Shown here in pieces: positions 32,535-41,606 of a stretch of DNA of 64,000 nt. Made by a program: the position numbers and the translations under genes. The notes under the pieces are model-generated. The model saw only the letters and a program-made list of their open reading frames with translations. It did not search any database and was not told the DNA's origin. Position 1 is the stretch's first letter; each line of letters starts with the position of its first letter. The DNA lies in the NCBI GenBank assembly GCA_964473555.1, contig CAYYPL010000005.1, positions 43,977 through 107,976 of the forward strand. Reading direction: 5' to 3'. Source of the DNA: an uncultured Chitinophagales bacterium (GTDB lineage Bacteria; Bacteroidota; Rhodothermia; Balneolales; HLUCCA01).

Positions 32535-34727
32535 ATGAGAATTCTTCTACTGTCAGGTTTGTTTCTTTTCGGCGCTTCAGTTCATACCCTTGCTCAGGAT
32601 AATCCCTCTGAATATCATTTAAAGGCACATCGGATTCCATTAGGTACCCAAATCGAGCTCAACGGGGTTCTGGATGAGTCTATTTGGATCCAGTCTGAAG
32701 GGATATCAAATTTTAGACAACAGGTTCCGGTAGAAGGTGGGGAACCAAGTGAACGTACTGTAGTCAAGGTGCTCTATGATGACGAATATCTATACATTGG
32801 TGCATGGTTATATGATAGTGATCCATCTGGCATAATGGCATTTCAGAAGCGATGGGACCAAGGACTTAGAGCCGATGACCGATTCATGTGGATTCTGGAT
32901 ACGTTCAATGACCAGCGTAGTGCGTACTTTTTTGAGATTAATCCAGCTGGACTCATGGGCGATGGCCTGCTTACCGTAGGTCAAGAACGAAACGTGAACA
33001 AAGCCTGGAATGGAATTTGGTTATCGAAAGTAAGTAAGTCCGAGGAAGGTTGGTTTGCTGAAATCCGGATTCCATTTAAAACATTGGACTTTGACACCGA
33101 TGCCTCCGTGTGGGGAATCAACTTTCAGAGAACAGTACGGCGTAAAAGTGAAGAGATTTTATGGTCCGGTTGGAGATTGAACCAGGGATTATTTCGGCCA
33201 CAAGATGCGGGTACTCTTAGTGGTCTAGAGGGATTGAGTCAAGGACTGGGACTAGAGGTCAAGCCGTATGCCATGACGAAATTCACAAGAAGCTGGCCAT
33301 CAGGTGTAAGCAGGAAAGATAGCTACGACGGTGATGCTGGATTTGATGTATCCTATAGTTTAACACCTGGAATTCGTACTTCACTATCTGTAAACACGGA
33401 TTTTGCGGAAGCGGAAGTTGATGAAAGGCGAGTTAATCTTACCCGATTTTCGTTAGTTTTTCCGGAGCAACGTTCTTTTTTTATCGAAGGGTCTTCGGTT
33501 TTTAACTTTGCTCCATCTAGTGGAGTAAATCCCTTTTTCAGTCGAAGAATTGGCCTTGTTGACGGTGCTCCTGTTCCAATTCTGTTCGGCGCCAGGGCAA
33601 TCGGAAGAGCTGGCAACACAAACTTTGGATTTTATCAGATTCGTACAGCCAAAAGCGATGTTAATGAAGAGGATTTTACGGTTGCCAGAGTCACGCAAAA
33701 TATATTCGCTGAAAGTAAACTTGGAATAATCTACACGCGAAGAGCAACCCTGGAGACCGATAGTATTCCTACCAGAGAGACCTTAGGGGCGGATTTAGAG
33801 CTTGGTACGTCACGGTTTTTGGGTGATAAAAACCTCCAGTTCCAGCTGTTTTTTGTGACTCACTCTAAAAATCAACTAGGAGAGTCTACTGATCTATTCG
33901 ATCGTTCAACCCGTGGATTCCGACTGTCGTTTCCCAATTTCCCGTTCTTTTGGCACGCATCGTATCGTGAATTCGGCACGGATTTTAATCCAGCGGTTGG
34001 TATTGCTCCGCGTGTCGGATTCAGAAGGTTTCAACCATCTGCTGGATATACCAAGATTTTATCATCAAATAAGTTTTTGAGATCCTTTACATCAGAAGTT
34101 CGCTATGAGCACTTGATGGATATGGATTGGAAGCTTGAGACAATGGAATTGATCTTACAACCCATGGAGCTGGTCTTTGAATCCGGTGACGGGGTTGAAT
34201 TCCAGACAGGAACCTATTATGAACGTCTGGTTGAAGACTTTGACATCAGAAGAAATGGGACAATCATGATTCCAGCCGGATCGTATCAGCACGAGTTCAT
34301 TCGGGTAGCGTTTGAAACCGCAAGTTTCAGACGTCTTGTGGGTGAGTTAGCGGTAATTTATGAAGGGTTTTGGACAGGAACCCGCACCGCGGTTGAGTCC
34401 CAGGTGGTTTTTCGTGCTTATCCCGGTATCAATCTGATTTCGGAATGGAACCGGGAAGATGTGAAGTTATCTGAAGGCGCCTTCCACGCAGATGTATTCC
34501 GATTCAGGGGTAATTTCGACATTACTCCGCTGCTGGCATTGACATCCATTGTGCAGTACGACAATCTGAGTCGATTGATGGGATACTATCAGCGGCTACA
34601 CTGGATCGTCACCCCTGGAACTGATCTGTACCTGGTCTACACGTGGAATTGGAGGAATGTTGAAAATCGTTTTTCTCCACTTGAAAATAACGGGTCGATC
34701 AAATTCAGTATAACCAAACGGTTTTAA
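32535..34727 (+). CDS. DUF5916-family outer-membrane protein with N-terminal CBM9-like domain
   Basis: The track ORF starts at TTG 32526, and ATG 32535 gives the signal peptide MRILLLSGLFLFGASVHTLAQ. The N-terminal LNGVLDESIWIQSEGISNFRQQVP...DRFMWILDTFNDQRSAYFFEINPAGL pattern is what I recall for CBM9-like/DUF5916 proteins. The rest is beta-barrel-like. Confidence 0.7.
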   Translation: MRILLLSGLFLFGASVHTLAQDNPSEYHLKAHRIPLGTQIELNGVLDESIWIQSEGISNFRQQVPVEGGEPSERTVVKVLYDDEYLYIGAWLYDSDPSGIMAFQKRWDQGLRADDRFMWILDTFNDQRSAYFFEINPAGLMGDGLLTVGQERNVNKAWNGIWLSKVSKSEEGWFAEIRIPFKTLDFDTDASVWGINFQRTVRRKSEEILWSGWRLNQGLFRPQDAGTLSGLEGLSQGLGLEVKPYAMTKFTRSWPSGVSRKDSYDGDAGFDVSYSLTPGIRTSLSVNTDFAEAEVDERRVNLTRFSLVFPEQRSFFIEGSSVFNFAPSSGVNPFFSRRIGLVDGAPVPILFGARAIGRAGNTNFGFYQIRTAKSDVNEEDFTVARVTQNIFAESKLGIIYTRRATLETDSIPTRETLGADLELGTSRFLGDKNLQFQLFFVTHSKNQLGESTDLFDRSTRGFRLSFPNFPFFWHASYREFGTDFNPAVGIAPRVGFRRFQPSAGYTKILSSNKFLRSFTSEVRYEHLMDMDWKLETMELILQPMELVFESGDGVEFQTGTYYERLVEDFDIRRNGTIMIPAGSYQHEFIRVAFETASFRRLVGELAVIYEGFWTGTRTAVESQVVFRAYPGINLISEWNREDVKLSEGAFHADVFRFRGNFDITPLLALTSIVQYDNLSRLMGYYQRLHWIVTPGTDLYLVYTWNWRNVENRFSPLENNGSIKFSITKRF

Positions 34728-34730
34728 ACG

Positions 34731-34765
34731 AAAAAAGCCACTCAGCGTTAACTGAGAGGCTTTTT
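34731..34765. terminator. Bidirectional rho-independent terminator (copy 1 of a duplicated hairpin)
   Basis: The sequence is AAAAAAGCCACTCAGCGTTAACTGAGAGGCTTTTT. It forms a 9-bp stem with one mismatch, flanked by an A-run and a T-run, between the convergent genes 32535..34727(+) and 34810..35310(-). Confidence 0.8.
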
Positions 34766-34809
34766 AAAGTACTAGATGTTAATGAGATTTACTGAATATT
34801 AGCGAGCTC

Positions 34810-35310
34810 TCACGCTTTGGTTTCTGCCACTACAACTGGTTCAGTGCTTGCTGGCTTTACAGGATTACCTTTGACATCATCTAATTTCATTTCACAGGTA
34901 CCGGAAAGTTTGGCGCCATCTTCAACATTCAGAATGGCAGTGGTAACTTTTCCGATGACACGTGCTGTTTCACGCAAAACGAGTTTGTTACTGACTTTGA
35001 TTTCTCCACTGACCTGACCGGAAATATCCGCATCAACAGCCTTCACATCTCCCTCAACTTCAGCAGTTGATGCGATCACACATTTTCCATTTGATCGAAC
35101 CGTGCCCTTAACTTTACCCGAAATACGGATCCCATGGTCTGAGATGATATCACCGACTACAGTTGTTCCTTCACTGATCAGATAGACCGGTGAGGAATCC
35201 TTACCACCTTCGTTTTTATCTTTGATATGTGCTTTAAGGTCATCAAGGTTAGGTAGTGCAGACGCCATAGTTCCTTTTTGTTGAGGTGAATTGTTTTTGT
35301 TGTTGAACAT
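34810..35310 (-). CDS. Bactofilin (polymer-forming cytoskeletal protein)
   Basis: The track ORF is 34810..35334, and ATG 35310 (MFNNKNNSPQQ) is more likely. The core is a typical beta-helical bactofilin repeat: GTTVVGDIISDHGIRISGKVKGTVRSNGKCVIASTAEVEGDVKAVDADISGQVSGEIKVSNKLVLRETARVIGKVTTAILNVEDGAKLSG. Confidence 0.9.
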   Translation of the reverse strand: MFNNKNNSPQQKGTMASALPNLDDLKAHIKDKNEGGKDSSPVYLISEGTTVVGDIISDHGIRISGKVKGTVRSNGKCVIASTAEVEGDVKAVDADISGQVSGEIKVSNKLVLRETARVIGKVTTAILNVEDGAKLSGTCEMKLDDVKGNPVKPASTEPVVVAETKA

Positions 35311-35359
35311 GGATGAAACTCCTGTGTAAGGCAATTAGTTTTGATTTTTTAGAATCAAA

Positions 35360-35998
35360 TCAATTGGGTAGATGAAATTCGATTCTAAATGGAATGACTA
35401 AAGCTGACTGCTTGGAAACTAAAGCCTCGTTCCGTGTTAACTTCTCTGGCATCAATGAAGCCACAGCTTTAGGTTCAGTTTCAGAAACACGACTTTCTGA
35501 TGCATATAATAATAAATTATCTTCAGTAAAGAAATCGGTTGCTACAAAAGAATCAGTGAATTCTTCGTTATCATACTCGGAGCTGTTAGCGAGGTAGTCG
35601 GATTGATCGGCCGGAGCGTTCTTGTTTGAGGTACGCAGAGCCAGTTTGAACTGTTCAAGCTGGTAGTTGCTCGAACTCAGTGAGTCACTGAGAACCTGAA
35701 CCCTTTGTGCCACAAGAGTGAAATCATCTTCGAGTGGGTGCTTCTGGTGGCTTAATAGGGCATAGCCAATCGGTGTTACCTGAATGATAAGCATCGTGAA
35801 CATGACCAGAAGACTGCCGGCCAAACCCCCAATCACAAATATCATACTGGGTGAAAAGGTGAACTCACCGATTTTTCTGGCCTCATTGAAAGAGTACGTC
35901 TCAAAAATCAGGAAATCTTTTTTATGTTTGACTGAAACTATTAACAGCTGGAAAACACTTTTCAACTGTTGGGTAAATAGTCTTATAGTGTTGATCAT
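35360..35998 (-). CDS. Single-pass membrane protein with coiled-coil segment, co-oriented directly upstream of bactofilin
   Basis: 212 aa with one TM helix (IFVIGGLAGSLLVMFTMLIIQV). This is followed by a predicted helical/coiled segment (VAQRVQVLSDSLSSSNYQLEQFKLALR) and an acidic tail. I recognise no catalytic domain. Confidence 0.5.
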   Translation of the reverse strand: MINTIRLFTQQLKSVFQLLIVSVKHKKDFLIFETYSFNEARKIGEFTFSPSMIFVIGGLAGSLLVMFTMLIIQVTPIGYALLSHQKHPLEDDFTLVAQRVQVLSDSLSSSNYQLEQFKLALRTSNKNAPADQSDYLANSSEYDNEEFTDSFVATDFFTEDNLLLYASESRVSETEPKAVASLMPEKLTRNEALVSKQSALVIPFRIEFHLPN

Positions 35999-36221
35999 GG
36001 TACCTCGATATGTTCAAAAAAGCGTCACACAAATCTGCCTACAACTTCGTTATAATCAGAGTATTTGTTTCTGCACCTACGTTACGATTCAAGAATAAAC
36101 TAAATATGTACAATATAGACACTTAATCATTAATTACGAATTAAGTGATACTAAATATAAAAGAATTTTAATAATTAAACCTCAAACTATCATTTTAAAT
36201 ATAGTAATCCGACTATTTCAC

Positions 36222-36252
36222 AAAAAAAGCCCCCCAGCGTTAACTGAGAGGC
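36222..36252 (-). terminator. Rho-independent terminator of the tRNA gene (copy 2 of the duplicated hairpin)
   Basis: The minus strand reads GCCTCTCAGTTAACGCTGGGGGGCTTTTTTT. The 9-bp stem includes two G-U pairs and is followed by 7 T. It begins 14 nt downstream of the tRNA 3' end. Confidence 0.75.
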
Positions 36253-36265
36253 TTTATTACTCAAG

Positions 36266-36338
36266 TGGGCCCAGAGGGATTTGAACCCCCGACCAATCGA
36301 TTATGAGTCGACTGCTCTAACCGCTGAGCTATGGGCCC
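36266..36338 (-). tRNA. tRNA with CAT anticodon (elongator Met, or Ile2 if lysidine-modified)
   Basis: The reverse complement is GGGCCCA TA GCTC AGCGGTTA GAGC A GTCGA CTCATAA TCGAT TGGTC GGGGG TTCAAAT CCCTC TGGGCCC A. This is a 73-nt cloverleaf with a 7-bp acceptor stem and a TTCAAAT T-loop. It has a G1-C72 pair and lacks the three G-C anticodon-stem pairs, so it is not an initiator. CCA is not encoded. Confidence 0.93.
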
Positions 36339-36511
36339 GCAATATTAAATACAGACCCCAAAATAAGACTATTTAACTCCGATGACAACTAAAAATCATT
36401 ACCTAACCCGCATTACAATCATGGTCATGTCGACAGAAGTCAACCTTTCTCCAATGAAAGACCGGACGTCGTTATTGATGGCTGACTTCAGCGGTCATAA
36501 TCTTCTATTCC

Positions 36512-36736
36512 TTAACCAATTTTTCTGTGAAAAGCATTGGTGAGTTTTGTAATCTCAGTGTCACTAATACGCGTGTTTAGCTCAGTTTGATTTCGTGTGA
36601 GAGGAGTAAGAGCAATGATCAGTAAAAACGAAAAAAGAGCCTCAACAACGAGAAGTATGTCTTGTCGTGTGAAGAAACGCTTTAGTGCGTCTTTTACCGA
36701 TAACCACTGAGTGCTTTCGTCCATAGTGAGGCACAA
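36512..36736 (-). CDS. Small hypothetical membrane protein
   Basis: 74-aa ORF with one hydrophobic helix (LLVVEALFSFLLIIALTPL). It lies between the RND-operon terminator and the tRNA promoter region. No recognisable family, and it could be non-coding. Confidence 0.3.
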   Translation of the reverse strand: MCLTMDESTQWLSVKDALKRFFTRQDILLVVEALFSFLLIIALTPLTRNQTELNTRISDTEITKLTNAFHRKIG

Positions 36737-36786
36737 GATACGAAAGACAGATTAAGTGTTGCCCCATTCGATAAGCATATAACAAT

Positions 36787-36815
36787 AAAGGGGAAACGAA
36801 ATTTGCTTCCCCTTT
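36787..36815 (-). terminator. Rho-independent terminator of the RND efflux operon
   Basis: AAAGGGGAA (36787..36795) pairs perfectly with TTCCCCTTT (36807..36815). On the minus strand the hairpin is followed by TTATTGTT. It lies 28 nt downstream of the RND permease stop. Confidence 0.6.
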
Positions 36816-36842
36816 GAGTTGAATATTATGATTGGAACCAGA

Positions 36843-39800
36843 TTATTCGCTTGTTACAAGTGCGGGGGCTTCTTCTGATTCGGTTTTGAACTTGGACACC
36901 CAAACTTTGATGCGTTCCATGGCTATATTGGCACTTACATAGACCACGGGGATGAACACGAGAGTGACTAAGGTAGATGCCGTTAGTCCACCGATTACCA
37001 CCCGGGCTAATGAGGCCTGGATTTCCCCTCCGGATCCCATTCCGAAGCTCATGGGTAGTAGTCCCAGTACCGTGGTAGACGTGGTAAGCAAAATCGGACG
37101 AAGACGCAGTTTTCCGGCTTCAATCACCGATTGTCTGAGATCATACCCTTGTTCGCGTCGCATCATGTTGATGTAGTCTACCAAAAGAATCGCATTATTG
37201 ACCACAATACCAATCAACATCACGACTCCCATCAAGCTTTGAAGGTTCAGTGTGGTTCCGGTCAACAACATAACGGGCATCACTCCAATCAAAGCAAGCG
37301 GAACCGAAAACATCACAATCAATGGATCCAGGAATCGCTCGAACTGTGCGGCCATTACCATATAAATCAGGATCAAGGCCATTAAAATCGCCATATTGAA
37401 ATCGCGAGCAGCCTTTTGTTGCTCTTCATACTCGCCCCCGAAATAGATTGAATATCCTTCGGGTAAAGGAAATCCGGCAAGCTCTTCGCTGATACGTTCA
37501 ACAGCTTGTCCAAGCGGAACACCTTGCTCGAGGTTTGCTGTGATGCTGGTCACTCGTTGTCCGTTTTCTCTACGGATGCTGTTAGGTCCACGCTCTGCGT
37601 TCAGTGTTACAAGAGCCGATACCGGAACGATGGTACCATCTGCCGCCCTGACACTGATATTGTCGATATCCAGTGAGCTCAGGCGATCTTCAGGACGAAG
37701 TCGGACCATGATCGGAATTTCTTCTCCATCACGGCGAAAGTATCCGGCTCTTGAGCCCCCTACATTAGTCTGTATGGCAGATGCAACATCCCGGGTGCTG
37801 ATACCCAGTTGCGAGATTCTATCACGATCGATGCGGACACGCTGCTCCGGACGACCCTCGCGCTCGGGTACCCGTACATCTACGATGCCCGGAAGCTCCC
37901 TGATACGGGTAGCGATATCCTGAGCTATATTGGCTGCAATGTCGAGGTTATAGCCCCGGATTTGAATGTCGAGCGCGGTGTTTTGGTCACCACTTCCGAA
38001 AATTCGACGCAGAATCCACAACCCGGACTGTGCACTTACATCGATACTCGCACCAGGAACCGAACCCTGAAGTTTTTGACGAAGCTCATCAGCCAGATCA
38101 TCTGTTTTGATGTTACGTTGATCCGGTGGAGTCAATGCCAGTTCAATCTCGCCTCGTCCGTTCTGTGCTTCACGGGTGTAGAAAAGAATATCGTTCTGTG
38201 GGATAACCTGTTTGGCGATGGCATCCAGTTGATCCATATATTGATCGACAATCGCAATGTTGGTTCCCGAGTCCATACGTAGATTGATATCAATCTGATC
38301 TGACTCAGTTGCAGGTGTCAACTCCATCGGAATATCCTGTATTCCCCAGTATGAAAACGCCAAAAGCGAAACCGTGATGGTGGCTACGATGATTTTTTTA
38401 CCAAGTACATACTCAATTACACGTGCATATCTGTTTTCTAATCTGTAAAAGAAACGCTCGTGGCTTTTCTGTTTGGTGATATCGTCACTCATTCTTTTGA
38501 CGGTCAAAAAGCGGCTTGAGAGCATCGGAACGATGGTCAGAGCTACCAATAGCGAACATAACAGTGAGAAAACGATAACCAGTGCCATTTGCTGGAACAT
38601 CACACCGGTGATGGTGTTCATAAATACCACGGGCAAAAATATAACGGAAGTCGTTAGCGTGGAAGCAATTACCGCTCCCGTGACTTCCCTGGTACCCGCA
38701 TTCGCCGCTTCTTTGGCCTCTACGCCGCGTTGGCGCTTTCGTACTATATTTTCCAGTACCACAATCGCATTATCAACGATCATACCAACCCCCAGCGCCA
38801 GACCTCCGAAACTCATCTGGTTGAGTGTCAGTCCGTTGAAATAAAGTAGCGCGAACGTTGCGATGATCGAAATCGGAATCGCAATTCCGATGATCATGGT
38901 TGTGGATCCGTTTCGCAGAAATGCAAATAACACGATAATGGCCAGAATTCCACCCCAGACGGCCGAGTTTCGCACATTATCGATTGAGTCCTGGATAAAC
39001 TGACTCTGATCGCGCATGACCAGAAGATCTACATCGTCTCGGATTCCGTTCAATCGCTCCACTTCCTTACGGATGTCGGCAGCAACCTGAACTGTATTGG
39101 CTCCGGATTGTTTTCTTATTCCAAAACGCAACATGGGCAGTCCGTCCACCTCGATGTAACGGTCGAGGTCTTCGTAGTCGAAAGTAACCGTCGCAACGTC
39201 TTTGACACGGATTGGTGCCCCGTTTTCGATTCGAATGATCGTATTACCGATTTGTTCGACATCGGTGTACTCACCCATGGTCCGGACGTAAAGATCACTT
39301 AACCCATCTTTGACATTACCACCTGGCAGGTTTGCATTCTCACTGTTTATAGCCGATATCACATCCTGGGCGGTAATGTTACTGGATGCCATGCGGTCTC
39401 GGAGCAAATCTATGCGGATTTCCCGGTATACTCCACCCCAGATATCGATCGATCCCACACCGGGAATCTGTTCGAAATACTTGGACAGGTCGTTTTCAAT
39501 GGTTCGGGTTACCTCTGCCATATCCCGACGGGATCTAACGCCGATGGTTACGATTGGAGCATCGTTCGGATCAAACTTCCAGATACCAGGCGGATCGACT
39601 TCCTCTGGCAGGGAGCGTCTGAGCCGGTCGATGGCAGCTCTGAGATCATTGCTGGCTTCATCCAGGTTGGTACCCTGGGCAAAATTGAGTGTGACCCGAG
39701 TGCTTCCTTCACTCGAGTTTGAAGTGATCCGTTCGATGTTTGGAACCGTTGCGATGGCATTTTCGACCTGCTCGGTAACAATTTTCTCCATTTCTTCCGG

Positions 39801-39965
39801 TCCGACATTGTCGTAGTTGACATATACGGTGAGCTGCGGGAACTCAATGGGAGGCAGAAGATCAACGGGCAGGTACCTGAATCCGATCGTGCCCAACGTA
39901 ATGATGATCAAAAAGACCATGGTTGTAGCGATCGGGCGTTTTATGGATGTACTTGTAAGTGACAC
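36843..39965 (-). CDS. RND efflux transporter permease (AcrB/HAE1-type)
   Basis: 1040 aa. The N-terminus SIKRPIATTMVFLIIITLGTIGFRYLPVDLLP is typical of ACR_tran. It has a 12-TM architecture with two large periplasmic loops. Confidence 0.95.
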   Translation of the reverse strand: MSLTSTSIKRPIATTMVFLIIITLGTIGFRYLPVDLLPPIEFPQLTVYVNYDNVGPEEMEKIVTEQVENAIATVPNIERITSNSSEGSTRVTLNFAQGTNLDEASNDLRAAIDRLRRSLPEEVDPPGIWKFDPNDAPIVTIGVRSRRDMAEVTRTIENDLSKYFEQIPGVGSIDIWGGVYREIRIDLLRDRMASSNITAQDVISAINSENANLPGGNVKDGLSDLYVRTMGEYTDVEQIGNTIIRIENGAPIRVKDVATVTFDYEDLDRYIEVDGLPMLRFGIRKQSGANTVQVAADIRKEVERLNGIRDDVDLLVMRDQSQFIQDSIDNVRNSAVWGGILAIIVLFAFLRNGSTTMIIGIAIPISIIATFALLYFNGLTLNQMSFGGLALGVGMIVDNAIVVLENIVRKRQRGVEAKEAANAGTREVTGAVIASTLTTSVIFLPVVFMNTITGVMFQQMALVIVFSLLCSLLVALTIVPMLSSRFLTVKRMSDDITKQKSHERFFYRLENRYARVIEYVLGKKIIVATITVSLLAFSYWGIQDIPMELTPATESDQIDINLRMDSGTNIAIVDQYMDQLDAIAKQVIPQNDILFYTREAQNGRGEIELALTPPDQRNIKTDDLADELRQKLQGSVPGASIDVSAQSGLWILRRIFGSGDQNTALDIQIRGYNLDIAANIAQDIATRIRELPGIVDVRVPEREGRPEQRVRIDRDRISQLGISTRDVASAIQTNVGGSRAGYFRRDGEEIPIMVRLRPEDRLSSLDIDNISVRAADGTIVPVSALVTLNAERGPNSIRRENGQRVTSITANLEQGVPLGQAVERISEELAGFPLPEGYSIYFGGEYEEQQKAARDFNMAILMALILIYMVMAAQFERFLDPLIVMFSVPLALIGVMPVMLLTGTTLNLQSLMGVVMLIGIVVNNAILLVDYINMMRREQGYDLRQSVIEAGKLRLRPILLTTSTTVLGLLPMSFGMGSGGEIQASLARVVIGGLTASTLVTLVFIPVVYVSANIAMERIKVWVSKFKTESEEAPALVTSE

Positions 39966-40015
39966 GGTGGTATTGTTTTGATTGATCCTGGATTTTCCTG
40001 GCTGACTTCGAAAAG

Positions 40016-41311
40016 TTATAGTCCACTCGTATTTAATGGACTATTCACTCCGGTGCGTTCCTGTATCAATTTGATAAGATCCCGGCTTTGCATCTGCTGA
40101 AGATTCAGAATGTGGCTCCAGTCCATGGTCTTGACCCTGGTTCCAGCGGTTCCCTCTATCAATAAACTATGTCCCAGGGTAACGACATGGGTTTGTGGGT
40201 CAATCCCCCGGACTGCAGTAACTTCACGTCCTCGGGCAACGATTTCAACTCTGCGAAACTCGTAGGGTACCGGACCAACGATCTGTGGGGTTTTGTTGTC
40301 ATCATTGTCTTCGGAGCTAAAATTCAACTCTTGAGAGAGCGAGGGAGTGATGAAGATGCCTTCAAAACCCTGCTGGGGATGGCGATAGATTGCATTGTTA
40401 GGTACCAATGTGGCCTGCTGGCTGTCTCCGTAAAAAATATCTACTGCGATGAACATCCCAGGGCGAAGTATTCCGCCCGGATTGTCCACCTCGATGTCGG
40501 CGACTGCAGTTTGGGATGTTGGATTCAGGAATGGAGAAATTCGATTGACCGAAGCCAAAATGACAGTGTCCGGAGCAGCGGGTGTACTCAACTGGACTCG
40601 CATCCCTTCACGGATTCGTGCCAGCATACCCTCAGTGAGCGCAACCTCAACCTTCATTCGTTGCATATTTCCGATCGTAAATAAGCGTGTGTTGGTGGTT
40701 ACATATTGGCCCAATTCCACATTTCTGTCACCCACAACCCCTTGAATCGGGGCTTTGATGACAAACTTATTCAGTTCATTGCGTCTTTCCTGAACACCAG
40801 ACTGTGCCGATGATTGCTGGGCGACACTCAGATTCAATGCTGCCCGCGCACTGATCACCTGTGCCTGAAGCTCTTCAAACTCGGCCTCGCTCGATAAGTT
40901 CCTGTCCCGAAGTGCGATCGCCCGGTTCAACTGATTCTCCAGTCGGGTCAGATTTGCCTGCGCCTGTTCAACCTGGGCTGTGGCAACACGTAAACTGGCT
41001 TCTGCCTGTGCTAATTGCTCGGAGGCTTCGGTATCGCGAAGTCGCATCAAACGTTGTCCGGCCGATACTCGTTCACCGTTGTTCACAAAAATCTCAACCA
41101 CAGGTGAAGATACTTCCGGATAAATCTCAGTCTGGTTGAACGCCCTGACGGAACCACTCAAACGCTCCTCCAGGGGTAATGAACCGAACTGCGCCACAAC
41201 GGCTTCTACCGTTGGTATTCCGCGGTCTCGTCTGCCTTGTTGTCCTTTGTCTTCATTCGAGCAGGACATAAACATGAACAGGATAGATACAGTTAAAAGA
41301 AGGTTACGCAC
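40016..41311 (-). CDS. RND efflux periplasmic adaptor (membrane fusion protein)
   Basis: 431 aa with a lipobox (LFMFMSCS). It has a coiled-coil hairpin (EASLRVATAQVEQAQANLTRLENQLNRA...) flanked by lipoyl/beta-barrel segments. It lies directly upstream of the RND permease. Confidence 0.9.
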   Translation of the reverse strand: MRNLLLTVSILFMFMSCSNEDKGQQGRRDRGIPTVEAVVAQFGSLPLEERLSGSVRAFNQTEIYPEVSSPVVEIFVNNGERVSAGQRLMRLRDTEASEQLAQAEASLRVATAQVEQAQANLTRLENQLNRAIALRDRNLSSEAEFEELQAQVISARAALNLSVAQQSSAQSGVQERRNELNKFVIKAPIQGVVGDRNVELGQYVTTNTRLFTIGNMQRMKVEVALTEGMLARIREGMRVQLSTPAAPDTVILASVNRISPFLNPTSQTAVADIEVDNPGGILRPGMFIAVDIFYGDSQQATLVPNNAIYRHPQQGFEGIFITPSLSQELNFSSEDNDDNKTPQIVGPVPYEFRRVEIVARGREVTAVRGIDPQTHVVTLGHSLLIEGTAGTRVKTMDWSHILNLQQMQSRDLIKLIQERTGVNSPLNTSGL

Positions 41312-41606
41312 GATATTTCCTGAGATTTAGTGTTGTCACAAACTAATCATTAAACGAGTGAAATCGTTTCCTGGGGGTGTAAAAAGCAGTTAAAACTAGC
41401 TAAATACGGCTATTTTCATCCAATTCCTGGAATCTGATGTTTACGCAACTACGTGAAATGAAATGAGGTCTGCCTGGTCTGAATCGCGTACTTTTACCTT
41501 AGCTGGGTCTCTGGAATACAGATTCCCTGGAATAAAATTGATAAGCGGGAAAAACGATTCGCGTTGTTTCTACCAGATTTGATTAGCGGTAGTGGTTAAT
41601 GAAAGG

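Noticed and set aside
34731-36338. tRNA-associated genomic island
   Set aside because: The direct repeats are terminator hairpins, not part of the tRNA. The enclosed 1.5 kb carries only bactofilin and its partner, with no integrase, excisionase or mobility genes. I kept it only as a low-interest curiosity.
36843-41311. Incomplete RND efflux system (no outer-membrane factor or TetR regulator adjacent)
   Set aside because: OMF genes are frequently encoded elsewhere or shared. Their absence from the immediate neighbourhood is common and is not evidence of anything unusual.
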